The position numbers and the translations under genes were made by a program. Shown in pieces: positions 37,501-51,135 of a stretch of 64,000 nt of DNA. The notes under the pieces are model-generated. The model was given only the letters and a program-made list of their open reading frames with translations. It was not told the origin of the DNA and did not search any database. The DNA is from Balanoglossus misakiensis (Eukaryota > Animalia > Hemichordata): positions 4,482,093 to 4,546,092 of the forward strand of contig CM082587.2 of NCBI GenBank assembly GCA_040954595.2. Reading direction: 5' to 3'. The first letter of the stretch is position 1. Every line of letters starts with the position of its first letter.

Positions 37501-40500
37501 TTTCCTGCACAGAACAACATGTTCATGGAACCTTATAATAAGCTGTCTCAATCTATTTTGCATTATTTTGGTGAGTGTCTGGACAGGGTTGTGACATCTG
37601 AAATTTCCTGCCATTTTTCAGTCAGTAAAGTTAAGTTATGAGAAGCAATCATTGCACTGTCGTGACAGCTTTATACAATCATCTCCACTTTTATTTTTAA
37701 GACCGGCTTATATCCACGACTACCCATGCTGATTACTTTTCAAGGCCAAGTCCATGAAACTTTAACAGTTTGGAAGAAAGACCAATAACACACTAATCAG
37801 CCGGACAGATACACAGTATCAATCCGTCATTTGCACACAATAAAGAAACATGCCCTTGAAGATGACAAAGAAAAGTGTATTCCCCTGTGATTTGATATCG
37901 TGCCAATTGCTGTCTTTTCTAGTTTCAATTTATGGCTTTGATGATGAGTTTTCCAAGGCCACACCGTAATGAAAAAAATGGCATCATCAATATAATTGTA
38001 CGTTGCAGAACAGCTGTACCTGCTCCTTGTATTAAAGCCCCAATAGCTACCATTTTTGCACTTTTTTCAGGATCTTACTTTCAAACTTACAATGTTTGTT
38101 CAGACGCCCATTGCAGGGACTCGCAATAGAAAAAGATTTGCTGATATACCCAAAATCCTCCCCCCCCCCCTCCAGAAATCAAATGGTTCTCCCCTTAACT
38201 TGTATATTCCCAGTAAGATTTATCTCAGTACAACATGTATCTGGTCAGTGAACTGTGATCAGGAATCAAAACAACAAGTTCTGTCAATCAGCAAAACTGC
38301 ACAATGCATATTTATTAATAACTGCGTCCTGCCGTTGCGTTGCGCCAAGCAAAATTTGGCTACTCAAATTGAGATATATCAGACCACCCAAAAGAAAAGA
38401 GATCATGATACGTGCAATTATATTTAGCGTCATTAACCAGTCGCCTTGTCTTGCTCATCCTACGTCCATTTGACGTCAGCCCAGTGCAATTTGTTTATGC
38501 AATCAACTTGCAAAAAATATGGTTCATCTTGACTACAATCAGTCAGCGCCCACTCAACCAAAACACCTACTCGACCAGAGAGTTCTCCTTGCTTTTGAAA
38601 TATTGCGTTACTGTGCGGGGTCCATGGGAGGTAGCCTTTGTAAGATGATGCCAATTAGTGATGTTTTAACAAGAAATAATCTTCCGAGGACTGGAAATGG
38701 CGAGCAGAAAAAAAAATATTAGCTCAGATTCGTAGTGTTTGATGATGTATGGCCAGTACTTGATATCTTAGGGTAAACTCGCATCTTAGTATCATATTCT
38801 ACGAGCAAACTTAATTTTGCTCATAAAATATGATACTATGAGATATTTTATGGACTTTCACTATCTCCAACTTTCTAGCTGGCACCATCTGATTCTCAAA
38901 TAATCAGCAACTGACAGGAGACATTTCAGAAATAATAAAACATTTTTGAACACAGCATATCATCACGTATTGTTATCCACTGGGACAGAAAGATGAGACG
39001 TACATGACTATTGGTCGTTATTATAGAAGATGACTTCCGATTTGACGGAATCTCATCTGCTGGATTGAATGAACCAATCAGAATTCACTACACTGCAGTG
39101 GACACTATCTTCATAACTGCTGTGGAGAAGTACATGTACACATATGCTGCTTGTACCGTTAAACATTTCCCAGCATTACCATGTCTTTATAGGTGAAGAA
39201 GAGATAAGCATATGAACTTATTGCCTGATAAAAGTTGATGAAATCAAAAACAGAGAAATCTACTATGTTTGTATGATTTTCTTCCCAGAAGATGGTAACG
39301 CGAGTGCGCTCTCGGTCTGTCGGTTCGGAGGATGATGTCATCGAAGAGGAGGACGAAGCATCAGGGTCTGATTCACCAAACGACGATGCGCTTCAGCTAC
39401 CCATGACGTTCAATGCAGAAAATGAAAAACGCAAGAAAAAGAAAAACCTGTAAGTTCATCCACAGCAGATATATTGGTTTATGAATTTTTCATTTCTAAT
39501 GTTCTTTGACCAATGTTATTTCTGATAACTTTTCGTGGTCAGAACAGTGCCCTTGTTTATACTGAACCACTCCCAACCTCACAGCGTGAAATTCTTCTCT
39601 CATCTTGCAGAGCTAAAGATATGAAAGAGAGGCTGAGATTCCTCAGACGGAGGCACACAGATGGATGTCTGAAGGACGCAGAGAAACTGAAAAGTCACCT
39701 CAAGTCAACCACACATGCCCAGGCTTTGAAATGGAGTGAATCCTTTGACAATCTGCTGGCAGATAAATGTAAGTCTTTATGTAGCCTTCTGGTGGACTCA
39801 TGGTTCTTGTTCAGCAAAACTTTGCAGTCAAATATTCTTGTGTGATCTGAGGAAAATTTATTCAACATAAAACAACCATCTACTTGGTGGCAGCAGCCAT
39901 ATTTAATTTGCGAGTTGTAAATTATTTATCTGTTAAAATCTAGCTTGTACATTTGTTGCCAGTGTTGTAAAATTTGTCTGTCATCACACTGCAGTAATAA
40001 GTGTAAGACAGAGCCATCTTTACTCCGACTATTAAAACCTGACGCAGCGAAAAAAGAGAAAATTGGGGAGTTATTATGAAAATGTACCTTTAGCTGTGCA
40101 TGTAAACAGGTAACACTCAATATGTGATGAAAGGTAAAGGGGTCGCGACTTATCTCGGTGTGAATTTTTCACGGGTTCTGTTGAGGTGTGAATCCGCTGG
40201 AGACCAAATATGTCTCCGGGCGAAAAACTGATATGTGGTTGTTTCATGCAAAAATAGTGAAGTCACTGACAGACTATTCAATAATTATGAATGCCAGACT
40301 TCTTTCCGTGGATTATATTCTGAACACCACCTATGGGTGCAGTAGTTTCAACTCTGAAATTTTCCATGTTGAATGCTTCCAGGGCTTGTAATCCATCAGC
40401 GCAAAACACAAAACACCTGCTTTGCCTGAGAGATCCCTGTCGTGTACGCAGGATTATTGTTATAATATGGATAGTCGAATAAGGTGTGCTGTGAGAAGCT

Positions 40501-43152
40501 TATATAAAAAGTTACGGGGAAAGTTTCCAGGAGTCATCGCTTCAAACAAAGGACATTGCACTCTTTCAGTAAAAGAGACTGACGAAATTGTTTGCTTTGC
40601 AGAGGTGTTCGGTTTATAGAGGTTACTTCAACATGTGGTTATGAAAGGGACTATAGGAAAGGGGTTCGGTATAGACAGGTTTCCAGATTAGACAGGATTT
40701 ACTGTTACAGTGGTTCTGACAGGTGTGTGTGTAAAATTGACATGAAAGTTGACAGTGATGGATCAGGGTTTAAGCAATGGAAAGATTGTCCTAGCAGTAG
40801 GAGTTTAAAAGTTCCTGCCGAGAAAGTGATTTATTAAATAGGGTTAAGCACATACAGTTGCTGCGAAAAGATCAATCATTTGCTACAATTGACTGTACAT
40901 GTACATGTACGTCTTTTTTTTCATCATGAGTACACAATGCTTCACAAATACTGGTAACAAATAATCATGTATTCGCCATTTTTTGTCATTTGATCTGATG
41001 AACATGACAAAGTGCATTAAATCTAAAATTAAATGTCTCGTCACAGGATCATACACATGGTTTAACAGCGCTACATGTATATATGCAGCAGCCCTGCATA
41101 AAAATTGAAAATGGGGAAAGAATTAAATCAGTCATATTCCAGACAAGCAAAGTTGCCAATACTTCGAGGGTACATGTACCTTTAATCGCATGAGCCGACT
41201 CAAACACAAAAATTCAATGTTTACCATATGTGATGACTTTGTGTAAGTCTTTCTTGTCAACATCCATAGAGGGAACTCTTAAAAAGTTGGTACAGATCAG
41301 AACTTTGCAGCATTTAAGTATTGCGTGCAGATAAAACTGATTTGAAGTCGTCGGCTGCCCCCGAGATATGTGAACAATGTGTCCATGATAAACTGATTCC
41401 ATTTCTCCGAAAACTTCCATCCGTTATAAATCCTGTTTGAATATTTTATAAACCATAACGAAAATCGAGTCAGAAATAGCAAGAACCGATGTAACATGCA
41501 GAGAGAACCTTCTTCATGAAATATTTAGACTTTTATTTGATAGCTGTTGGCCTGTAATTTGCGAGTTAGCGTTCTAAAGTTTGCCTGTCTACAGAAAAAA
41601 CAAGATGAGTGGCTTGTGTGTTTGACTTTTGTGTCCATGAAAGTCAGTGTGGTGTGTAATTATAAACCCACAACATAGTACAAATGACTGTGTCATCATT
41701 AGGGACTTAATGATGCAAAACAGCGTACATCATCATTAACTTTGTGTGTCCTTGTATGTTACAATCGCACACACAATTAACGTAGCCCTTACTGAAGAAG
41801 GCTGTATTGCGGCAGCATACTGCTCCCATTATCGCCTTATTGAGGAAGTAAAATTCGCCATTTTCCCAGTGTTATCCTTGCTTTAATGCTACACTGAATC
41901 CCTCCCCGATTGAATGTGACTGTATTTAGCAGAAGACATCAGCAAAATCTTTATTTGTGCAATCCCAAGGTTACTATATTGTTCACAAAAGTTACAATCC
42001 AGAAATTGTATGCCGCGAAATTTTCCTAGATTTATTTGAATGACCCATAACAATAATTTTCCATGTTAAGTCTTTGTCTCATTTGCCTTTGGCTTTGTGA
42101 TTTCTCCAAACAAATATTGACAACACCGAGATTTCCACATTTCCTCGTTTTTTAAAACATACATAAGCTTTTTGCTAATTTTCTGGAGGATATTGTGATC
42201 AATAAAATCCCGTCGACGGATTACACCCCCTGTTTTGATATTCATGAAACGATGAATTATGCATAAGTTTCATTTCCTTCTTTGCCTCCGCAAAACAGAC
42301 GGCCTGGCATCGTTCAGATCCTTCCTGAAGACAGAGTTCAGCGACGAGAACATCGAGTTCTGGCTGGCCTGCGAGGAATACAAGAAGCTGCGCCCATCCA
42401 AGTGGTCGTCGAGAGCCCAGAAGATTTATAACGACTACGTGGCAATTCAGGCACCGCGAGAGGTGGGTTATGCAAGAAACTGACGATGCGTGGCCTAGTT
42501 TGCCATGCCCTTCAGCTTTCTAGGCCACTCCAAATTGCTCTACAGGGGATACACATGGGGGCCATGTCTCTGCAACATCTAAAAACAAGGTTGATGGGCA
42601 AACATCACGTACATAACATACACCGACCTGATTATTTTGAAAACAAACTGCTTAGGTTTTCTGTTCGTACTATATCATTGACAGTGATTTAATAGTTATT
42701 TTTCACTCCCTAGATCCTTTATAGTAGACATATTTGATTGCTGCTTTTGTACATAAATCATCTTGAACACCTGGTGGTTGTCTTGTACTCATTTTATTTA
42801 CTATACATGTGTGCATGCTTTGAAAAATGTGAATTTCTGCTTTTTGACTCCATATTCATGCTTAGTTTTGTGGTTATCTTGTTCTGTGTACAGCAAGCAC
42901 TCAGATGAATGATGTTAAGCTACTACATGATGCCACAAAAATACTGACTATCTATTTCGTTCGCAGGTGAATTTGGACTCGCACAGTCGCATGGCAACGA
43001 TCTCCAACCTGAGTAACCCAAACAAACACGCGTTCGATCTGGCGCAGAAACGCATCCAATCACTCATGGAGAAGGACTCTTATCCGCGGTTTATCCGGTC
43101 GGAGTTCTATCAGAGTCTGATCAACGACAAACAGAAAGTCAGCTCGTGTTAG
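34539..43152 (+). CDS. RGS3: Regulator of G-protein signalling, R4/B family, RGS3-like (5' end not resolved)
   Basis: GT-AG exons 34539-35270, 39289-39449, 39611-39768, 42299-42462 and 42967-43152 join in frame (1401 nt). The product reads ...[24 protein letters not shown]...[45 protein letters not shown]...IQAPREVNLDS...[26 protein letters not shown]. This is a full RGS domain, and the K-rich NL-AKDMK linker resembles vertebrate RGS3. The first exon starts at an acceptor in phase 0, so an upstream exon is implied. Confidence 0.9.
36629..36688 (+). repeat. Polypurine (GA)n-G12-(GA)n tract
   Basis: GAGAGAGA...GGGGGGGGGGGGTGAGTGAGGGAGAGGGAAGAGAGAGAGAGA read directly. Confidence 0.9.
40597..40705 (-). 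repeat. Dispersed repeat copy B (inverted relative to 25190-25292)
   Basis: GTTCGGTATAGACAGGTTTCCAGATTAGACAGGATTTACTGT with an internal sub-repeat GTTCGGTTTATAGAGG; the ACTGT terminus is typical of TA-flanked MITEs. Confidence 0.7.
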
Positions 43153-46100
43153 TGCAGGCATAACACGGGGAAGGAGAAGGAGAATAAAACGCAACATGGG
43201 AGAAGCAGTTCACGATTAATTGCCTATCGGGGCAAGGATATTCATTAGATATGAATTCAAGAGGGCGCTCATTCACATTTGATAGTCAGACTGCTCAGGT
43301 CAACCAACTATTACTCATTGACATGGATAGATTAAGTTTTTGTTTCTAACACACAATAATGCAAACTGCAAGCAACAAACACTGCAACACTATAATGTGC
43401 TTTTGGCCAGTAATTACACAAAACAAGAATGGAAGAGCAACAATACTACGATGTTGACTCTCGACAATGACACAAATAAAAGAAAGGCAAATCTGAAATC
43501 AAGTGAATGTGCCCCCTCTTGAGTTCAAAATATTGCTGTATAAAAAAAGCTTGTGAGGGATTCTTGCTTGTATATATCCGCCTTCAGTATTAGCAAAATT
43601 CTCGTCTAAATCTTATCAAAGAAAATGAAAACAAAGTCGTATAGGCTGAAAACATGTTTTACCCATATATTAGATTTTTTCCACAGTACTTTTTACTAGA
43701 ATGTAACTTTTAAGGGGCTGAAGTAATATAATGTAAAGAACAACGATGATTTATTTTTTGCTTCTATTATCGAAAAAACTATTTGGCTCAGGTGAAAATA
43801 TTTAATATTCAGGACTATTGCACCCGTTCAAGGAACTTTTATTAGAAAAAAAAGAGAGAAAGATGTGAATTTTAAGAAAGTATATCAGTGCAGGCAGCTC
43901 AAGTGTTTTACAATTTACAGTAGCCCTGGCAAGAACAGTGTTGATCTCCCCGGTTTATCAGCAAAAGTGGTATAGTCCAACATCAAGTGGATTAGACCAC
44001 TGGTTTATGGTGGGGGCATGGTCCCAAAGTATGTACAGCTCTGGTTTCTAAGACCCCTCTCAGTATGCATATGTGTTTAATACTGTTTCGTATCCCCACA
44101 GTACAATGGGTAAGCAAGATTAGCAGTCTTGTAAGAGTCTGCAGGCCAGTAGACCTCAAAATATGCAGCACCTGCCCTGGTGCGTTTTTGGTCAAATTAA
44201 CAAATGGCTGATAGTGGATCAAAATTGTACCCTTCAAGTAGTGACCAAAATGTATTAACTTAGATCCCATTTATGCAGTGACAAAAGCTAAATTTTAACA
44301 ACAACAAAGACAATAGTATAGTTGACAGCCAATTCTTGCAGTGGCTTTTAATTTCAGTAACGCTGTCCAAATTGGGTATAGTTTTGGATTTCTGTGCCAC
44401 TCACTGCTCAGTCTTAGAGTTCTTTTGAGGATATGAACACGTGCATGTGCAATAGCGCTCTCAATGAGCTGTACTTGTCTTTATCGTTGTGGTAAATAGG
44501 GCCCCCATGCGACCAACTTTTGATAGTTGGTCATAAATCATTAACAGAACTCAATTTCCTTCGAAAATTCATTTTACAACAGACAAGTTTTCATCAGTAA
44601 TCTTTCACTCTAAACATACAGTACACACATAGGAACAAACAAATAGCGCATACATGTCCAACTGAAGTTTTTTTTATTGAATCACATTCTGAAAAAGAGA
44701 ACATTTATCATGCTCATCGCACTGCAAAGTTGGCAATACAACGAGCCAGCCTTGACCAGATCAAAGGTCAGCATTGTAGTATAGATGTAAGTCACATCAG
44801 CTGGAAGGATATTTCCTTTAAATTTTAGATATCTTTTTTGTGACATCAACAAACATTAGTGTTATCTACAAAGAGCAATATGCCCCAGACAGCAGTGTGT
44901 GTGCGTGTGTGTGTAGTCTGCATTATTTTAGGGATTGTAAGGAGACAGTAAAAAAAGTTTTTATTTTATCACATTATTTATTTGAAGTCAATGCAGGAAT
45001 ATTGACTGACAAGGATTGTAATTTTATCGCAAGCAAAATTTCTAAAAAGTTGTGTGTTATGTCACTCTTCCAACCCCTGTTTGCCTTCACTGTAAACAAT
45101 GGAATAGTCCATTCACTGGTACTAAGTGCAGTGGGTGGATCTTCCCAAAGTGAATGGCAGGGTGGCGGTCGAGGAAGTGTGAAGTAGGGTGAGTGTATTT
45201 CTAGCTTAACCGGTGTAAATTCAGCTGTACGATGATGTTTACATTTTCAAGCACCATGGCAACTGGAAATAGATCACACTAAACAGAATGGTAGCCATGC
45301 TGTCAACTTAAAAAAAAACTTCCTTTAAACATTAATACATCTTACACCTATATGACAGATCAATTTAACGAGAAAGTGCAAATATATGACATTATTTACA
45401 GAAATTCTGAAGATAATTTAAGTTTCTGGTGTTAAGTTGCCAACGTAATAAATTTCACAAAGTGACAAAATCTCCCTCTATGGGGGATTGTTAATTAATT
45501 TTTAAGGCCCTCCCAAAAGAGCCTTGTATTCCTTTAATTTGTCAAAAATATCTGATACATTTTGTCATCAAGCTGGCTTGATGGTTGTTGTCGTGGAAAC
45601 ACTAGTCACATTTCAAAAGGGGAGTGGAACTTCACCAGCTGACATCACACTTTAAATAAAAGGTAATATTTCATTGGCTAAATCTTCTTTGCATGCCAAG
45701 ACAGCAGGGTCACATCACCAATCAGCAGTCACATTACAGCAGATGTGTTCTATCACATAGCATTATAAAATATTGTGTTATTGACAGAATGACTACATTC
45801 AAAATGCGCGAGCGTATTCTTTGCAGATTTTCCAATGCATCAAAACAAGCTGAAACACTGAAATGCAATGCTATTGGCTGAAGGAGGGTACATTGTTGGT
45901 AATCTTCTGTTCTTTTCCAATCAGACGCAGTGTTTTATTTTTGTTTGTAGTATCACAATTATATCTTTCATCACCGATAGGCTGAATGTGTATTAGAGGG
46001 ACACAGGCAGTGTCTTTATCTTGTTATTTTCATTTAAAAGTTTGGCTCTTTTTACAGAGCTCTTGCGAGAATAACACAATGTAAATTTCCTCGTCTGCCA

Positions 46101-46933
46101 TGTAAACTATCACACTCTGTCAGCAAAAGGAAGTACTAAAAGCTACCTCAACACTTCAATCACACATTTTCTTATCTTGTGAGGTCAGCCGGGGTCAAGT
46201 CACCGTACCAAGTTCACTTCCAGTGAAATCTATCATGATGTCCACAGAAGACCTATAGAGGGCTCTCTCTTTCGACAATTTCACGTGACAACTGTCAAGC
46301 CAACACAGATTTCAATCTTCTCTCCATTTTCTTTGTTTCAACAGACCACAGTCACCACACATGGTATATAACTTATTGCTATTTTCTTCCAAATGTATAT
46401 TTCAGAGCTGTCACATCTTAGAATATATTCCTTTATCAGAATCCATCTCTCCTGTATCATGTTGAAATTCTATAGAAATAACTATTAAAATAATTATTTC
46501 ATACAAAAACGGGAACTGTGAGCAATTTTTCTGCTGTGATTAATTTGTGTTCCTCTCTCTGAAATTGCATTTGAAACAAAAATACTGAAAATAAAGCCAA
46601 AAGTTCAACTAATGTCCCTTTAAGATACACTTGCCAAAATGTAAAATATTCATGCTACACAATGAAGAACTGGAATCAAATTATTTTATTAATATTGAGA
46701 TATCAAAAAAATGTACATAGTACAATGTTGATGTTTTGTATAAAAAACGGATTGACCAACACATTGTCTGAAGACAACAGATATTTCACCAGCAATTCTT
46801 GTGACCCAACTGAACAAAGTAACCAATAGTTTCTGGTAATCTGTTCATCCCCAGATAAATTCCTCATATAAAATAGAATATAGACAAAACAATAGGTCAT
46901 AACTTTTTAACATTTCTAAGATTTCCTTTTAAC

Positions 46934-47006
46934 TGTCTCTCTCTCTCTCTCCCTAACCCCCCTCCCCTCTCTCTCTCTCTCTGTTTCTGTCCGTCTCTCT
47001 TTCCCC
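46934..47006 (+). repeat. (CT)n-rich polypyrimidine tract immediately after the TRMT1L stop
   Basis: TCTCTCTC...CCCTAACCCCCCTCCCCTCTCTCTC read directly. Confidence 0.85.
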
Positions 47007-49549
47007 TAATGTTTCAAAGTTTTGCTGCCTCTAGATTTCAACAAATGAACAAACTGCTGCAATGTGGCCTCAGTTCTGACTGCAAGATGGTCAAAGTGCG
47101 TCCGACTTGCGCGAAAACCACTCCCTTGAAGAAACTCCACCATTTTGGGTGTTCTGCATGTAAAAAAATCACAAAAAACAACACACATACATTATTGATC
47201 AGATCACAGTAACCAACAAACATTAGCAATCGTTTGATAAATCTGCAAAATGCATCGATAAAACACCTCAAACTTACTTTGGTGTGTTCATGTCTTTCTG
47301 ACTGTGCTTATGCAAATTGTAGTAAAATGATGGCTGCCCTTCGGATTCCGTTTCCTCCAAAGCTGCTGCACTCCCATCATCCCTCCGCGCCCTCTTCTCC
47401 ATCGAAGTATCTTCATCCTCAGACTCGAGAGGGCGCTTGCCACTAGCGCTGGGCACCCCACTGCCGTTCTCTGCGTACAGCTCTCGCTCGGACACGCTGC
47501 ACCGGATTTGGAATGACTTTTTCTGCGCGGCGCAAACAGCTTCGCTCTGCGCCAGACTGAGGAGTCCCTGGACTTGATTGCTGAGGTTGAACTTGGTGGC
47601 GGCTTCTTGCATTTGGATGATAAATGAAGCACTGAATATACTTCCTCCCCTGCGAAAAAAACAAGTTGACATTTAAGATCAGCATTTGGAGAGACTGCAA
47701 ATCAAATAATTTTACCCCCCCCCCAAAAAAAAATCTTTTTTTAATGTCTTAACTCACCAGATTGGTCCCAGTTCAACGGCAGTTTTCCCAGGTGTACTCT
47801 GATGACAGTCACAGGGCAATAAACTGTAATAGTTCTCTATCAGCAACAAGAAAACAAAACATTTTACAGACGGATGTTATTACAATCAGTGGCTACAAAT
47901 GTTATTCACAGTCTTTTCATGGTAACTGCTTCACTTTAATGCACTTGATGTAAAAACTGAACCCACCCACTTCCTTACCTAGTACTGAGGTAGTCGTTGG
48001 AATGTACGCTCTCTCTTCGCACATGCGACAGTGAATGAGTCTCTTGATTTGGTCGACGCTGTCATCGGCGTGTTTCCCGCCCCGGTGTACGCGTACAATG
48101 ACGAGGACGAAGTGCTCCACTGTGACACTGAGCAAGACTTCGATGCCCTTGTAGCACCTTGCTGCAGCTCTGCATGGATGAGAAGAGTATAATTACCATG
48201 TTAGTTGCAAACATTAATTGACTTGGCAGCAGCATCTACACGTGAAAACAAGAAATCAAACAGCAAGATATCTGGAAACCTATTTATACATCACCAGTGG
48301 AAGTGATAGCTTCTCATAAGAGAAAGCTTCATTTTTTTTTCTCTCTGCCTGTTTACCTTGCAACAGCCTGCAACACCATCCTAGCTCCCAGCTCTCTGTA
48401 GTACTCTGTCCGTATCAAGTGCCCTCCGTAGTTCCTCAGGGTCACATTGTCGCTCTTGCCAAATAACGAACTCACATCGGTTGATGTTACCGAGACGATT
48501 CCGTGGTTCCGGACATTGTGGAACGCAGCTTCCAAGTACTGTACGGAAGTGCCATACGGGTCTAAGTGACTAAAACAGCAAAAAATTGCCAAATTCACTT
48601 AAAAGTTAAATCTTAACGAGTAAAACACCATTCTGAAACAATTTCCCTATTTATTTTTATGGAAAGTGATTGCACTGAGCAACACTTACACAAAATCAAA
48701 CGCCCTCTGATGAAGTAACACATTGGCATCGCTGTTCACAACTTCCGCCACAGTCTGGCTTTCATCCACATCTTCACCTCCTTTCACATTCACTCCATTT
48801 CTCCGACAGTTTTCCCGGATAAGCTGTGTGGATTTTTCATTGATGTCTGATATTGTAACTTGTATGGGATGATCACTGCCGCAGTGCTTTGCCCACTGTA
48901 TTCCCATTGCACCTACCATAAAAGACAGTAAAAGTCAACATTTTTGTCTGTGGTCAATTATAGTACATATATATACTAGCTGCCACTTTATTTGTACGAA
49001 ACAATGTCTATGTGACTGGCATTTCTGTCACTTATTTTGCAGATTGAAGATTTCCTAAAATGGCTGTATAGGTAAAGCTAAATCCATAACTTTATGAAAG
49101 GCTATGATTGGTCGGTATTGATTTGTTTGTTTGTTTGTTAACGAATACATAGCAGGTGCGCCCTCTACCGATCATTGTTCTAACCTGTGGCACCAAACGC
49201 ATCCAAGCAGTGCACAGGAGTCTCTCTCTCGAACATGTATGATGACAGAGCACACAACACCAATTCCCTGTCAATAAAATAGAGAAAAAGGTGATTTACA
49301 TATAATATATCACCATGGTAACCCCACTGTTGGCTGCATGATCACCGAACTTCCGAAGGGATGGTCAGTTGTCTTTGGCTTTCCTTACCTATTCATCCTC
49401 ATTTTGGGATTAAAGAACGACGCTGTTTTCCCCGGCGTGAGGTGATCTGAATTAATTATCACTTCTACTCCATTTTCCTTCGCCGTTCTCTCTGAAGTCG
49501 TCGCTGTAGTTGTTGTATCGTCCCCTTTTTCATCTACAACATTCGCCAT
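47006..49549 (-). CDS. TRMT1L: TRMT1-like tRNA guanine N2-methyltransferase (TRM1 family), 489 aa
   Basis: Eight phase-consistent exons: 49549-49389, 49267-49185, 48912-48690, 48569-48357, 48169-47979, 47836-47758, 47649-47278, 47153-47006 (1470 nt). Motifs [28 protein letters not shown] (SAM-binding), [23 protein letters not shown]...[12 protein letters not shown] and [10 protein letters not shown] match TRMT1L rather than TRMT1. Confidence 0.92.
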
Positions 49550-49665
49550 GCTTGTTGTTGACCTCTGACCCCTATCCCTCAAGTCCCATGGAAACGCGCG
49601 AGCGGCCTTAGAGGGCGTAGTGGTTCTACACCTTATGCATATGTATGCATATACATATGTACAAG
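49550..49665 (-). promoter_or_regulatory. Putative TRMT1L core promoter/5' UTR
   Basis: Short CpG-rich patch (CGCGCGAGCGGCC) directly upstream of an ATG in strong context (AAGCATGG). DR1-like GGGTCAGAGGTCA just before the ATG. Confidence 0.4.
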
Positions 49666-50932
49666 GCCTATAGCTATAGATACTAGGGCAGTCTATGCAA
49701 AAATCCACTGGAACCAGCTTTTTCCGGTCTGTTGTTCAGCCACCCTTAAATGCTATGACATATGTCCATGCCACGTACACATGTAGCACACGTGTCGAGT
49801 TAATATATCAAGGTATGTTTTGTCATGTGCAGATGTTTGCAAAATGAAAACCTTTATGCCGGGTTGACAAGTTTTTCCTTCAGCCAATATTTTAATATCT
49901 GACGCAAAGAGATCCAACAGGGACGTAAATACACGTACACCAAAGTCCACAGATTTTATTTTTTAACTTCATCCTAAATTCACCGAAGTGAATATTCTTT
50001 ATTGACAATGCAGAATAACAAAAAAAGCAGAGTTAAAGTTACAACGCAAGTTGAAAATAGGAAATCAAAAAACAGTAAGTTAACAAATAAATACAAAATA
50101 GGCTTGTCCAAAGGACAGTTAGCCATGTAAAATGGAACACACGTTCAGCCACAAATTTGCAGGAAAGTAAAACCAACATCAATGGACACAATGTACAATT
50201 TTTCATTGAAAATAGCCAGCGTAGTCTTTTAAATGTGTCCTTATAAAAACTCAGTTTCACTATCCTACACTATTAACTCCCAGTTCAGTTTTCTCAAGGA
50301 TTCATGACAAAAAACTCACTTGTTCATGTTTTTTCTTTTTTAAATAAAGTCCAGTTTTAAACTGAATAGTGTTTAAAAGAACATGGGCAGTGAGACTTCA
50401 GAACTTTGCCATTTCGCTTGGCTTTTATCTTTTGGACAAGGTCACAGATAGGGGCAGGTTATGCAGGCAGAAGAGAGGGAGGAACAAGCAAGCAAAGTGG
50501 TATTGCTTCAGTACGACTCCAATAGACCTAGACAACAGCCAAGATGGTAAAATAATTAATATGATAATACATGTATAAATAACATCCTTTAATTACCATG
50601 GATATAAGTGAAGGTCTTAGCAAAAAAAGCTCCTGGGTTTGTTACATTTGGGGTCGTCAAATATATTGCTGTAATGTTGCTCAAAAGTGCAAAGGTAGCC
50701 ATATTATTTTGAATAAACGAATATCAAATATGCCTAGCCTTTCCTGGGAACATCTCTTAAACAAGTCAGAATTCTTACAATAACTTTACGGTGTTAGATT
50801 AAAACCCCAGAAACTAGGGTCAAATCTGAAGTCTTCAAAAACTACTAGCGCTTCCTCGATTGTTCTTCAATGACATTTACAAACGCTGGATTGTCATTTA
50901 TCCAGACAGAGAAAATTGTGCAGTCCTGCTGG

Positions 50933-51038
50933 TCAACCCTTTCACCCCTATTTTGCCTCCATATGGTACAGCCATATTGTAGAAAGAAAAAAACGCTTCA
51001 GCTGATTATTGATGATTGTGTGGGGGTGAAAGAGTTAA
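50933..51038. mobile_element. Short MITE-like element with TTAA-type termini in the GLUL 3' UTR
   Basis: Terminal inverted repeats TCAACCCTTTCACCCC ... GGGGTGAAAGAGTTAA (14/16 match), about 105 bp. Related ends occur at 53659 and 22090. Confidence 0.6.
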
Positions 51039-51135
51039 ATGGTCCAAACTGCTCAACATTGTCCTTGCAAATGGTGGAATATATTTTAATGATGCATAAA
51101 AAATAAAATCTGTCAGTCTGTGGTTCTCTCTCTCT

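Noticed and set aside
17350-41180. Recurring TACATGTA palindromes
   Set aside because: Scattered short words with no spacing pattern; a common low-complexity motif rather than an array.
43138-43152. RGS C-terminal Cys (KVSSC*) as a prenylation signal
   Set aside because: The Cys is terminal and single; it does not fit CaaX, CC or CxC.
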